From Amoebidium appalachense (lineage: Eukaryota; Protista; Ichthyosporea): a stretch of 64,000 nucleotides of DNA. Shown here in pieces: positions 11,324 through 23,825 of the stretch. Where the stretch lies: contig CAVNZM010000001.1 in the NCBI GenBank assembly GCA_963693365.1, positions 1,453,873 to 1,517,872 of the forward strand. Reading direction: 5' to 3'. The position numbers and the translations under genes were made by a program. The stretch's first letter is position 1. Every line of letters begins with the position of its first letter. Under the pieces are notes generated by a model. The model saw only the letters and a list, made by a program, of their open reading frames with translations, made no database searches and had not been told where the DNA came from.

Positions 11324-12248
11324 TGTTGTAATACGTAGTATCTACATATGGTAAGATCTTCTCAGTTTGTGTTATGTTTCAGTTCATATGCTTAGTGTAT
11401 ATGCCACACTCCTATTATGTAAAGTGTAGCATCGATCTCCGATATGCTTGTATACTTGTAATCGTGTTGTATCGGCTCTAATCGTGTATTGTAATATCGA
11501 TTAGAATATTTATATGTGTGTACACAGATCCACCCACTCAGGGAGAGACGTGTACATGTTCGTGTGTACATAAATATCTCTGGTTATAGTTATGCTATTA
11601 CTATCTTGTTTGTTGATCTGTGCTCTCTTTTCCTTTCTCTTTCTCCTTCCTTATTTTCTTTTCTTTCTCTCCTTGTCTTGATGTGTATAATCGTATTTCT
11701 TTTCTACTAATATATGTTAGGTAGATTTGTGTTACTTAATACGTGTTCATTGGACGTTAACACACTTAGGCTACACTTAGAATAGCATGTGTGTTTAGAC
11801 TTCATTAATTTACTTTAGTTTTCATGTGTTGCCGGGCTTTAACCAATCATCAAGGTTAAGTGTGATATGTCTGAGTCTTTGCAGTATGTCATAGGTTAGA
11901 ATTTCCTTGATGATGACACGAGTTGACCTTAACTAGTGTCTGTGTCCTATCGTGTGCGTCTCCGCGTACCGGATCTCTCTGAAAGCAATTGGTTCTTAGT
12001 GATTGGTTTCTATTAGAGATAGATCTGATTTCCGACTGGTCGGAAATCATGTATGGATTGGACTTAGAGGAATTTCAGGTATTTATTCGAAGATCAGAAT
12101 AAATTCAGTTCAGTCGTGTCTAAACATTGATGTCTGTTGTGTACACTGCTCCGATCGTTCCGTGTTTTGTTGTTGTGTGTGTCTGTGGTGTTTTCACACT
12201 GCACCACTGTGTCTCTGCTTTCATCCCAAATATTTATACAATTAAACA
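11324..12248 (+). mobile_element. Solo LTR family C
   Basis: TGTTGT...TAAACA ends. 5-bp TSD ATTTC at 11319-11323 and 12249-12253. Strand inferred from AATAAA followed by a GT-rich tract. Confidence 0.9.
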
Positions 12249-12691
12249 ATTTCATCGTCGTAGTCGGAGGGGGGGGTCCAATGTCGGCAGATCGGGTTTG
12301 GGGGGGATCGGGGACCTGATTGGTGCTGCTCGTGAATTTTGACTCGTCAAAAATCACGTCACGGCAGATCTTGACCTGGTTGCTGGCATGGTCGAGGATC
12401 TTGCGTGCCTTCGAGTGCATATCCCAGCCGACGTAGGTGCCGACTCTGACGGTTGATGCAAGCTTGTTCCTCTTGGATCGGGAACATGGACATAGGCAGG
12501 GGAGCCCAACACGTGGAGCTGGGATACGTTGAGTTTGAAGCCATGGAAGGCCTCGAAGGGGGTGTTGCCGTTGGTAGCAGATGACGGTGTGACGTTGATG
12601 ATGTAGCCAGCATGCTTGAGAGCAGCAACCCACAACTTGGGAGAGAGAGGTTGGTCCTTGTCGGCATGGAGGAAGCAATGGACTGTCTCTT

Positions 12692-13605
12692 TGTCATCTT
12701 CCCATGATTAACGGAAAGACTTAGAAGTTGAGTTTTATATATGTTTACTAGTTTGCTGTAGTTTGTTTCCTTTTCCCTTTTCCTTTCTTCCTTTCTTTCT
12801 TTCCTTTCTGTTTCTGTGTGCACAAATATCTTAGATCTGTGTACACATCGAGCTATTTAGCCCGCGCACACGTATTGTTGTTTGCGTCAATATCTAAATA
12901 AGTCATCCAATCAAATATCGTTATATTTTCCCAAATATAGTAACCTACATTCCTCATTAATTCTATTTGATTCCTTTCCCATTCCATTCCTTTCTATCCT
13001 CATTCCTTTTCCTTCTTTTCCCACGACATAGAATTGCTCTATGTTCCCCAACTATTAGGAATACTTATATTTAGACGTGTTATGTTAAGAACATGTATAA
13101 ATATATGATGTGAACTAATAGATACATAAGTGATTTCTTTTTGTTAAATGTTTCCGTACTTTTATTAGAAGATTACTTTCATTAGAGGATTGCGTTTTAT
13201 CTTCTATGTGTCGACAGGCATTTCCATCGATATAATTTACCCTCATAGTTTTCGTCTTTCTGATTGAATAATAGAGTTTTCGTTCTTTTGATTGGCTTAT
13301 CGATTTCACATTCCTGAGTATAAAAGGAACTTCATCTTGAAATAAATATCAAGCAGTCGAATTCATTTCCTATGGTCCCAGTAATCGTTCCATCCCTCCG
13401 GTTGTGTTTCTCCCGTGTGTCTCTGTGTTGTGTATAACATAACACCCATCTGTGCTCTCTGCTTCCCCGTTTACCCACCCAAAACAACAGGTTTACGGCC
13501 CCTTTGCACGCTAACACACAATCTCGTTACAACCGCGAAATTCCTCCGTACATACTGCTTCAACCATGACTGACAAACCGTCGTACATCAACCTTCCACA
13601 ATGGA
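12692..13605 (+). mobile_element. Family B-variant 5' LTR, PBS and first ~40 bp of gag, truncated
   Basis: LTR 12692-13489, PBS GGTTTACGGCCCC, then ATGACTGACAAACCG. It sits antisense inside an integrase gene, with no TSD. Confidence 0.85.
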
Positions 13606-14063
13606 GGTCTCTCATCTTCAAGCGTTCAACGACACCGTTGTGCTGGGGTGTGTCGACGGGGGCAAACTCCATGATGATGCCTTTCTGCTTGCAGTAGGCC
13701 TCGGTGTCCCTTGATGTGAACTCGGAACCGGAGTCATAACGAAGATGGGTGACGATCTCAGGAGTTTGACGTTCGACTGTTTCAACGAGAGACTGGATGT
13801 AGCTGAGGGTTTCAGCCCGATTGTAGAGGGGGAACACGGTGGTGTAACCAGTGGCATCACAAACACACATGAGAGCAACCTTGTAGCCGCCGCAGGAAGC
13901 ATAGGGAGCTTCGAAGAAGTGCAGGTGCCACTTGGCGCCGGGGATGGTGAAACGGGAACGGGTGCCGGGAAACGGAGCCTTGGTGGTCTTGCCAGACATG
14001 CAGCCGAAGCAGTCACTGTGGTCGGTGGACTGGAGGGAGGGGGCCATGCCGATGACAAGCTCA

Positions 14064-14988
14064 TGTTGTAATACGTAGCATTTACATATGGTAAGATCTT
14101 CTCAGTTTGTGTTATGTTTCAGTTCATATGCTTAGTGTAAATGCCACACTCCTATTATGTAAAGTGTAGCATTGATCTCCGATATGCTTGTATACTTGTA
14201 ATCGTGTTGTATCGGCTTTAATCGTGTATTGTGATATCGATTAGAATATTTATTTGTATGTACACGGATCCACCCACTCAGGGAGAGACGTGTACATGTT
14301 CGTGTGTACATAAATATCTCTGGTTATAGTTATACTATTACTATCTTGTTTGTTGATCTGTGCTCTCTTTTCCTTTCTCTTTCTCCTTCCTTATTTTCTT
14401 TTCCTTCTCTCCTTGTCTACATGTGTATAATCGTATTTCTTTTCTACTAATATATGTTAGGTAGATTTGTGTTACTTAATACGTGTTCATTGGACGGTAA
14501 CACCCTTAGGCTACACTTAGAATAACATGTGTGATTAGACTTCATTAATTTACTTTAGTTTTCATGTGTTGCCGGGCTTTAACCAATCATCAAGGTTAAG
14601 TGTGATATGTCTGAGTCTTTGCAGTGTGTCATAGGTTAGAACTTCCTTGATGATGACACGAGTTGATCTTAACTAGTGTCTGTGTCCTATCGTGTACGTC
14701 TCCGCGTACCAGATCTCTCTGAAAGTAATTGGTTCTTAGTGATTGGTTTCTATTAGAGATAGATCTGATTTCCGACTGGTCGGAAATCATGTATGGATTG
14801 GACTTAGAGGAATTTCAGGTATTTATTCGAAGATCAGAATAAATTGAGTTCAGTCGTGTCTAAACATTGATGTCTGTTGTGTACACTGCTCCGATCGTTC
14901 CGTGTTTTGTTGTTGTGTGTGTCTGTGGTGTTTTCACACTGCACCACTGTGTCTCTGCTTTCATCCCAAATACTTATATAATTTAACA
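14064..14988 (+). mobile_element. Solo LTR family C, recombinant
   Basis: Highly similar to 11324-12248. The flanks GCTCA and GTTTG do not match and come from different copia lineages. Confidence 0.85.
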
Positions 14989-16662
14989 GTTTGGGTAGTT
15001 GGTCGATGTTGATGGGGGGACCGGGGGGAAGTGGCAGGGTGGTGGTGGCTTGAAGTCCAACCTTGCCCTGTAGATGGGCAGAACGACGGGGTGCAGGAAC
15101 CGGGGTGGGTGGAGACGGGGGGGGGGGGGGGGGGGGGGAACTTGGAAGTTCGGAATTGCAGGGGGGGGCAACCTCCGGGCTTGACGGGGCCGAGTGGAAG
15201 TTGTCAGGGGAGCCGGGTCGGATGGGGGTTACGTTGCCAGGGGCAGGATGATGTCGGCAGGCTGGACGGGCACGGGGGCAGGGGGCCCGGTGGGGGGGGA
15301 TGTCGGGGGAACGACGATGGCAGGAGGGGGGCCAGAGTACACCAGACAAACATCATCTTCAGGGTCAACGGTGGGGGGTGGGGTGGTCGAGGTGGCAGTG
15401 GTGTCTGTTATAATACGTGGTATTTACATATTGTAAGATCTTCTCAGTTCGTGTTATGTTTTCATTCATTCACTTAGTGAAAGAGATGTGCTCCTTGTAC
15501 GTAAATTATGAGATCGATCTCCAGTGTATTTGAGTACTTGTAATCGTGTTGTGTCGGCTATATTCGTGTGTTTAGATATCGATTACAGCAACTGATTATA
15601 GGTACACGAGTCTACCCAGTGAGGGAGAAACGTGTACATGTTATGTGTACATGAATATCTTCGGTTATAACTGTGTTTTGCTGTTCGTGTTTTCTGTCCT
15701 GCTTTCTTTTCTTTTTCCTCTTTCTTCTTCTTTCTTTTCTCTTTCTTTCTTCTCTTGTTTCCTTTCACATAATTATATTTCTCTCTCACTAATATACGTT
15801 GAGTAGATTTATATTACTCGTTATGTTTTGATTGGTAGAAAAACACTTAGGCTACACTTTAGCTTGTCAGGTATGATTCATAGCTTAGTCAAACACTTTT
15901 GTTTTGTGTGTTGCCGTACTATATCCAATCAGTGGACCTAGTCAGAAAATGTCTGAGTCTTTGTAGCCGATGATAGGTTAGAAACATCACCTCTTTCCTC
16001 GTTACTCTTCACCTCTTTTCTTTCTTATAGCTGTGACCTATGGTGTGCGTTCCTGTGCCTCCGGATCTATCCGGGAAATAATCAGTTAATTGTGATTGGT
16101 TATTTTAGACATAGATCTGATTTCCGACTGGTCGGAAATCATGTATGGATTTAACTTAAGGGAATTTCAGGTATTTATTAGCGATCAAAATAAATTGAGT
16201 TCAGTCGTGTCTACACATTGATGTCTGTTGTGTACACTTCTCCGATCGCTCCGTGTTTTGTTGTTGTGTGTGTCTGTGGTGTTTTCACACTGCACCACTG
16301 TGTCTCTGCTTACATCCCAAATACTTATACAATTTAACAGTGTCGGGGGTCGGAAGTGTTGATGGGATGTCGGACGGGAGATAAGCTGATTCGTCGAAAA
16401 TCACATCACGGAAGAGGCCGACACGATGGGTGTTGGGGTTGAAGATCCGTAGGCAGTGTGATTGAAGATCATAGCTGATATACATGCCGAGTTTGACGGT
16501 GGGGGCCAGCTTGTTCCGTTTAGAGGCTGGCACATGAGTGTAGGCAGGGCAACCGAACACTTTGAGCTCGGAGATGTCGGGCTTGACACCGTAGAAAACC
16601 TCGAATGGAGTACGACCATTGGCAGCCGTGGACGGGGTGACGTTGATGATGTAGGCAGCATG
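14989..16662 (-). pseudogene. Copia family D pol fragment (integrase C-terminus and linker), split by a solo LTR
   Basis: FGCPAYTHVP...RDVIFDES, then TPIRPGSPDNFHSAPSSP...NIDQLPKL. Homologous to 52440-52796. Confidence 0.85.
15406..16339 (+). mobile_element. Solo LTR family C variant
   Basis: TGTTAT...TTAACA ends, TSD GTGTC on both sides. A further 3' LTR-C fragment lies at about 16662-16829. Confidence 0.9.
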
Positions 16663-17052
16663 TTTATTCGAAGATTATAATAAATTGAGTTCAGTCGTGT
16701 CTAAACATTGATGTCTGTTGTGTACACTGCTCCAATCGTTCCGTGTCTTGTTGTTGTGTGTGTCTGTGGTGTTTTCACACTGCACCACTGTGTCTCTGCT
16801 TCCGTCCCAAATACTTATATAATTTAACACTCCCCCCCCCCCCCCCCTCCCCCTCTAGGGCCTTTAAATCTCTTATAAGGCTCCACATTTAGTGAGAACA
16901 CACACTGTGAGTAGAGGTTTGTAGTATGTGGGTTTTGGGGACAATTCTTGCCCTGTTGAGCAAAAACTAGGAAGCTCCAGATATGTGTGTATGTGTTTTT
17001 GCTGGGTAGAGATTGGGGTGGGCTGGGGTGGAGCTTTCTTTTGGCGGGGAAT

Positions 17053-17106
<54 letters not shown>

Positions 17107-17475
17107 AGCTTCTGCGTCGCAGAATGGGAGTAGGGGCCAGTGATTGCAAGGGATGCAGGGGGGGGGGGGGGGAGACACCATCGTCGGGGTTGAAGGTAGA
17201 GAGGGCAAGAGGCCCGGGGTGGGGTGGGGTGGGGGGGGGGGGGGGACAGTAGGTGCCATATGGAGGGCTGTCAACATGGTTAGTGAGCAAAAGGATGGCG
17301 GTCCCATGGTCTGGGAGGAGGGGGAGTGGGGAAGGATCGTGGGCACATGGGTTTGGGGGGAAGGCAGAGAGGGGGAAAGGATTGTGATCACAAGGGTTTA
17401 GGGGAAGGAAGGGGGAAGGATTGTAGGTACATGGGTTTAGGGGGGGAGGGGGGGGGGGAAGATTTTGGGGGAAAG

Positions 17476-18224
17476 TGTTGTTTTTGTACGGGTCTAAGGG
17501 AGCAGAGTGCACAGAGGTGTCATGTAAAACACGACTAACACATTAATGAGAGGGCAATCGGAGTTGTTCACGAGACATTGAAAGATTCAAACAACAACTA
17601 GTAAATCTTTATTGTGCTCTCGGTTCCTTTTTGTACTTGCGACTTATCATCTTATCACAACTAAAGAGGGAGAACCAATCGGTTCTATCAGAAGATAGAA
17701 AAACACATTCCGACAGAGCATACGCATTCCAACTTCCGATTAAACTAAAGTTTAGAAACTCTTACTTAAATAAATTAAGTAATTATACATCTAGTCACTA
17801 TTAACTCACATATATATTTATGTTCGTCTCTATAAAGAAACTTATTTAAATACATATATTTCCTAATAGTCGACACTCTCAAAGTGAAGACACTTTGCAA
17901 TAAACCGAATTCCATATATATCTATTGTCCAATCACAACACACATATTAATAGACAGGAATGCACAACACGATCTACAGATGTACTCGCTCGCGACTATT
18001 GGTGAGCCATCCTTTTGAGAACAAAACTAAGCCATTTTGAAATAAAGGAAAGACAACGAGTGTAGCTAGCCAATCGCGCTACCTCTCAGATAAACAGAGG
18101 AGAGCAAACAGAAATAAAATACAATAAGTTCTTATCAGGCAAGAGAGCCAGGTGTGCACAGATCTACAGATATCTGTGCTCACAGAAACAAGGGAGAGAG
18201 AGATACGGGGGGGGGGGGGGGGGG

Positions 18225-18268
<44 letters not shown>

Positions 18269-21200
18269 ACAAAGAAGGAAAGCAGACACGAATACAAACA
18301 AGCTAAGACACATACATACTTCAAGGCTCTTGCTGTCATACATGGTGACGTATTCCAACATCCCCACTCAAGGGGTTGAAGTTTGTGTTCTCGTGTCTGT
18401 TGATGTGACGGTAGATGAGGTCCAAACACAGGAGGGGCCGTCACACTCAAGTTTCCCCACTCGAGGATGCAAACCGAAGATCCTTGAGGTGGGAAGGAGA
18501 GAATCAAAACTGAAGAGCACTGTTCCAACGACGGTTGCCTCTGAAGACTCGGAACAATAAATCATGGTGGTTATCGTCGATATATATATATAGAGGAAAC
18601 ACTAGTGTATGTGTGACGTGTTGGTGGCTAATGTTTTATACTGGGGACCACCCAGGTAAACACAAGGCATGAAGATCTTGTGGACTGATTTATAGACTGG
18701 TTGTCAACCAGTTAAGACACGGGGAAGGTGCATCCCGTGGACTAGGTTTAGACTGGCAGTCAACCAGCTCGCAAGGCTATAGATAATTATTTATACTGGG
18801 TCGCTATCCCAGTTCGACATATATATAAAGTCGAATATAGAAGAAAACCAATATATATGGTGGGATATGAATATAAATAAACGACGGATGGTGGAGAATA
18901 ATCCCCACTGAAGATGCACACACATGACGATGTAAGACTGAGTCCCCACTGATGAAGAGAAACAATGAGGAGTAGTAGACTTTCGTTGGGAGGCATCTTG
19001 ATCACCGTAGGTGTGTCAACTGCTGTCCAGGGTCCCAACCTACTCAAAACCACTCGATGATGAACACCAGTTCACGGGTCAGTCACGGAAACTGAGGTTG
19101 GCACGGTGTGTCTCGTGGGTCAGACTAGCCAGAGGCTTGGTGAAGATGTCGTCCAGGTTCTTCTTGGTGTCGATGTAGTTGACGACTACATCAATGCTGG
19201 GTCGGGAGATGCTCACCATAGCCGTGGCTGGCCGGGAGGAGAGACGGGAGGAACGACGGGGGACGGGACGGAGGTGCTCAGGGGCCGGGGGGGTGTCTGG
19301 GACAGACACTCGGGGTTCGGGGATGGGAGCCTGGAAGCCGGGGATGGGTGCCGTGTTGAGGGGGGAGTCGGATGACACGGGGCTGGACGGGGCCGAGTGG
19401 AACTCCGGAGACCCAGGATGAACCGGGGTTAGATGACCAGGTATGTGGTCATTGACGGCAGGGGCCGGCAGCAGGGGTTGCTGGCCGGTGGGGGGGTGGG
19501 TGGGTGGACCCACGAGGGCAGGCACACGACGGGGGGAACGATGGAGAATCACTGACGGAATCTCATCGTCATCGGAGTGAGGATCCAGGGACGGCAGTGA
19601 TGGATCGATTGAGGTCGGCTGATTGGTGGCCGGCACAGAAATCTGATTGGATGCCGTGGTGAATTGTGATTCGTCGAAGACAGGGGCTTCGGAAACGGGG
19701 GCAGGCAGCACGGTAGGCTGGCTAGAAACGTGGATGGGAACGGCCGGACCTGGCAGCACATGTTGCTTGCCGGGGTCGGGGGGTAACGGGGGGGAAACAG
19801 CTGCAGGGGTAACTGGGGCCCGTGCAGGGTTTGGGGGAGCTGAGAGCTCGACGAGGCTGGCCACGTGATCGGAGGAAACTGCTGCCGGAATGCGGGGCAG
19901 ATCAATGGAATGTGAGGGGTCCGGGGACAGTGACGGCACGGTGGTGGGAACAGGGTTGGAAATCCTGGAAGGGAGCATGTTGGACGACATGGTAAACGGT
20001 TCTGGCAGGGACTCGGGGCCGGGACTCCTAGGGAGTAGGAAAGCACAAAGTGCTTGGGCTGTGTTGAACACGGGGGACTGGAAAGAAATACCGAATTTGG
20101 GTACTTCAGATGGACTTGAGGGAGGATAGTCAAGTCGGATCGAGACGGGGTGTCAAATGATCGTCGATCGGAATGGAGCCGGGGTTGTGAAATTATAGTC
20201 GACTGGTGGTCGACGGGGTTCGAAATCTGACGAGTGATTGAGATTTCGATGTTATGGAATGGGAGCCTCCGGGGCAGACAGGGCGGCGCGGTTGAGACCA
20301 CGTCGGGACAGGGGGACACGTCATGAAGTGTCAAAGAAGAAGTTGGAGCGCGACGGCAGAACCAAGGGTGGAGGAAGGTTTGACGTGACGGAGAGGAACC
20401 AGGACGGAACTGGAAGGAGGGCAAGCTGAAACTTGCAAGGATGGCACGATTGTCAAGGCATGACAGAAGCTCTTTTCAAGATGAGTCAGATCTTGTCAAG
20501 GGGAGTGACGGAGGACCGGTTCCGGCCGGTCGCGGGAGGAGCCGAGAGGCTAGGTGACGGCGGGAAGTGCCAGAGACGGAATGTGCAGAAAAGCACAGAC
20601 GGGTTTAGGGGACGCCAGGGAGAGATGTACACGGCCTCAGCACCAAGTGGAAGGGGGGGCGGCGTCAATTCACGGAATAGGCACTCAACGTTAACACGCA
20701 AGTGACCATTAGATGAGGTGCATGAGGAGCTGACCACAGCTATGATGTGTACCAGGAATTTAACGATTGCTAGGTCTAGATGTGTTGCGAGAGGGTGCGA
20801 AAATGGGCCTTTACCTGTTGTTTTTGTACGGGTCTAAGGGAGTAGAGTGCACAGAGGTGTCATGTAAAACACGACTAACACATTAATGAGAGGGCAATCG
20901 GAGTTGTTCACGAGACATTGAAAGATTCAAACAACAACTAAATCTTTATTGTGCTCTCGGTTCCTTTTTGTACTTGCGACTTATCATCTTATCACAACTA
21001 AAGAGGGAGAACCAATCGGTTCTATCAGAAGATAGAAAAACACATTCCGACAGAGCATACGCATTCCAACTTCCGATTAAACTAAAGTTTAGAAACTCTT
21101 ACTTAAATAAATTAAGTAATTATACATCTAGTCACTATTAACTCACATATATATTTATGTTCGTCTCTATAAAGAAACTTATTTAAATACATATATTTCC

Positions 21201-21544
21201 TAATAGTCGACACTCTCAAAATGAAGACACTTTGCAATAAACCGAATTCCATATATATCTATTGTCCAATCACAACACACACATATTAATAGACAGGAAT
21301 GCACAACACGATCTACAGATGTACTCGCTCGCGACTATTGGTGAGCCATCCTTTTGAGAACAAAACTAAGCCATTTTGAAATAAAGGAAAGACAACGAGT
21401 GTAGCTAGCCAATCACGCTACCTCTCAGATAAACAGAGGAGAGCAAACAGAAATAAAATACAATAAGTTCTTATCAGGCAAGAGAGCCAGGTGTGCACAG
21501 ATCTACAGATATCTGTGCTCACAGAAACAAGGGAGAGAGAGATA

Positions 21545-21621
<77 letters not shown>

Positions 21622-21713
21622 ACAAAGAAGGAAAGCAGACACGAATACAAACAAGCTAAGACACATACATACTTCAAGGCTCTTGCTGTCATACATGGTG
21701 ACGTATTCCAACA
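17476..21713 (-). mobile_element. Non-autonomous copia-derived LTR element, family A
   Basis: Near-identical LTRs at 17476-18360 (3') and 20816-21713 (5'). TSD GAAAG. PBS GGTAAAGGCCCA and PPT GAGTGGGGA on the minus strand. The 2.45-kb interior has no recognisable RT or integrase core. Confidence 0.92.
19079..20071 (-). CDS. Pro-rich pol remnant (integrase linker fused to the RNase H C-terminal tail)
   Basis: VFDESQF, TPVHPGSPEFHSAPSSP and RRSSR, followed directly by VVVNYIDTKKNLDDIFTKPL...LSFRD*. Confidence 0.7.
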   Translation of the reverse strand: MFNTAQALCAFLLPRSPGPESLPEPFTMSSNMLPSRISNPVPTTVPSLSPDPSHSIDLPRIPAAVSSDHVASLVELSAPPNPARAPVTPAAVSPPLPPDPGKQHVLPGPAVPIHVSSQPTVLPAPVSEAPVFDESQFTTASNQISVPATNQPTSIDPSLPSLDPHSDDDEIPSVILHRSPRRVPALVGPPTHPPTGQQPLLPAPAVNDHIPGHLTPVHPGSPEFHSAPSSPVSSDSPLNTAPIPGFQAPIPEPRVSVPDTPPAPEHLRPVPRRSSRLSSRPATAMVSISRPSIDVVVNYIDTKKNLDDIFTKPLASLTHETHRANLSFRD

Positions 21714-22259
21714 GAAAGGGGAGGCCTGGGGAAAGTATGTGGGCACATGGGTTTGGGGGGGAAGGGTTTTGGGGGAGAGGGAGGGGGAAAGTATGTGGGC
21801 ACATGGGTTTTTGGGGAGGGAGGGGGAAAGGATTGTGTGGGCACATGAAGTCTCGTGAAGGGCCATGTGGTAAGGGAAGCTAGAACATGCATGGCTGCTC
21901 GGAGATGCCCTCTCACACAGTGCGGCACCCCAGAGATCTGGACGCAGGTATTTACACGGGACTGCAGCCACCAGGAGATTGAGCCGGTGATCCAGCGCAT
22001 CTCTGCCACCACGGCGGCGCTCAACAGCAAGGGCCCGGCCTTCTTCTACACAGATCGGTGCTGCCAAGACCGGGCGTTTGTTGAGCGCATGTTTCCAACC
22101 CTAGCCCGGCCAAAATGCTCCGTCCGTCTGAACGAGGCTGCGCTGGTAAGCGTGACGGACGGTCTGCCTGGGCTGGAGCTGCCGGCCAACTACCCTAAGC
22201 CGGTGTACACCGACTGCCAGGGGGCGGTGGTGGCCACAGCGGCCATTCGGGCCGACCTG

Positions 22260-22745
22260 GAGGGGCAGCAGCACCGCGTGGTGGGGCTGGACTGCGAGTG
22301 GGTCTATCGGGTGGGCCAGGCGCGGTCCAAGGTTTGCACGCTGCAGATTGCCACCGCACGGGCCGTGTACATCTTCCACTTGGCACGCATGGGCCCCAAC
22401 CACAGCCCGCCCGCGCGGCTGGTGGACGAGCTGATTGCGCTGCTTAGGGACCCCAGCATCATCAAGGTGGGCAAGCAGATCGGCACGGACTCGGCCCACC
22501 TCAACAAGGACTACGGCACCCCTGTGGCCAGCTATCTGGAGCTGGGCCGGTTCTGCTACGCCCGTGCAGCTATCACCTCTGCGGCCCGGGGCTTGGCCGA
22601 CATCACTGCCAGTGCCCAGGTCATAGGCAAGAAGCTGCCCAAGCCGGCACTTGTTCGATGCTCCAACTGGCACGAGCCGCTATCAGATGTGCAGGCCACC
22701 TACGCTGCCCTTGATGCATATGCGTCCCTGCAGGTCTACTCGGCC
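22260..22745 (+). CDS. WRN/Mut-7-like 3'-5' exonuclease domain
   Basis: ExoI VGLDCEW, LQIAT, ExoII KVGKQIGTD, SNW..PLS..Q, ExoIII YAALDAY. Confidence 0.9.
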
Positions 22746-23825
22746 GTGGTCGATAGGCCAAACCTGTCAGGTGTGTATCCCACCTGCTTTTTGCCCCAGT
22801 GCTTATGTGCTTATGCCAGATATAGAAAGATTGTGGGCCCCCCAGAGGAGAGGGGAGGGGGAGGAGGGGGGGGGGGGGGGGGGGTGGCTGACCACATGGG
22901 CCAGTGTTCCAGTTGTGTTATGCTGGGTGTCGGGTGGCTATCAAAGGAGGGGGGCAGCCTGATTGGTGGTGGTGGTGGTGGGGGGGGGGGGGGGGGGGGG
23001 GCTATAGCACTGTTAACACGTGCAAGTGCCACACAAGCTGGGCACTGGGAGGGGGGGGGGGGGGGTAGGGAGAAGGGGGGGGGGGGGGGGAAGGGGGTTG
23101 CTAAGGAATATGCATTTGATATTTGTGGAGCGAAGAGAAAAACGTTGGTGCTGTGGCTTTTTGGCTGAGTTTCTTGCTTCCCTCTATGACATGCAGCGCG
23201 GCTTCATGCAAAGGCACTCGGTGAAGGGGTTGAGATTGTGCCCAGGCGGGGCCCACATGCTGCAGCAGCCACCGGGGTGGTGCTGGCTGTGCAGCCGGAG
23301 CGCTGGGGGGGCATGAAGGTGGGCAAGAAGCATGCAGTGGTGCGGGTGGATCAGGTGCTGTCGCCGGCCATGCAGGTGCCCTTTGGCCCCGACAAGGGCA
23401 AGACCCTGGGAGAGCTGGGCCCGCCGCCCTTTGAGCTGATGGTGCACCTGCAGTGGCTACGGCCCATTCAGCCCCCACCGGACCCAGGTGCCGAGGTGCC
23501 GGTGGTCCCTGACCCAGCCCCTCCCCCTGCCAGTCCTCCCCCTGCCGAGCAGCAGCAACCCCTTGCCGGCCCACAGGCACCCCCCCAGGACCCCCAGGCA
23601 GCCCCGGGGGGCCTTGAGGCAGCCCCAGGGGGACCCGAGGCAGCTCCCAGAGAGGGCATGTTGGGCCAGGCACCGCCTGGGGAGGTGGTGTGGCAGACTG
23701 TGCTGAATGACGCCTTCCACTCCATTGCAAACACAGCGGAAGGCACGTACAAGTCACACCCCCGCAGGGCTGAGTACGCACGCGCACTCAGCGAGGCAAT
23801 ATTTGTGTGGAATGAAGAGGATTAC

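Larger units (their letters stand above)
11081..14063 (-). pseudogene. Copia family B-like pol fragment (integrase core to Pro-rich linker), interrupted by two LTR insertions
   Basis: Segments 13606-14063 (CFGCMSGK, rve core), 12249-12691 and 11081-11323 align with the pol of the 31854-38213 element. Confidence 0.9.

Noticed and set aside
21855-23168. Stand-alone host WRN exonuclease gene as predicted by the ORF track
   Set aside because: The ORF runs into an intron at 22771, there is no helicase, and downstream exons carry transposase-like motifs.
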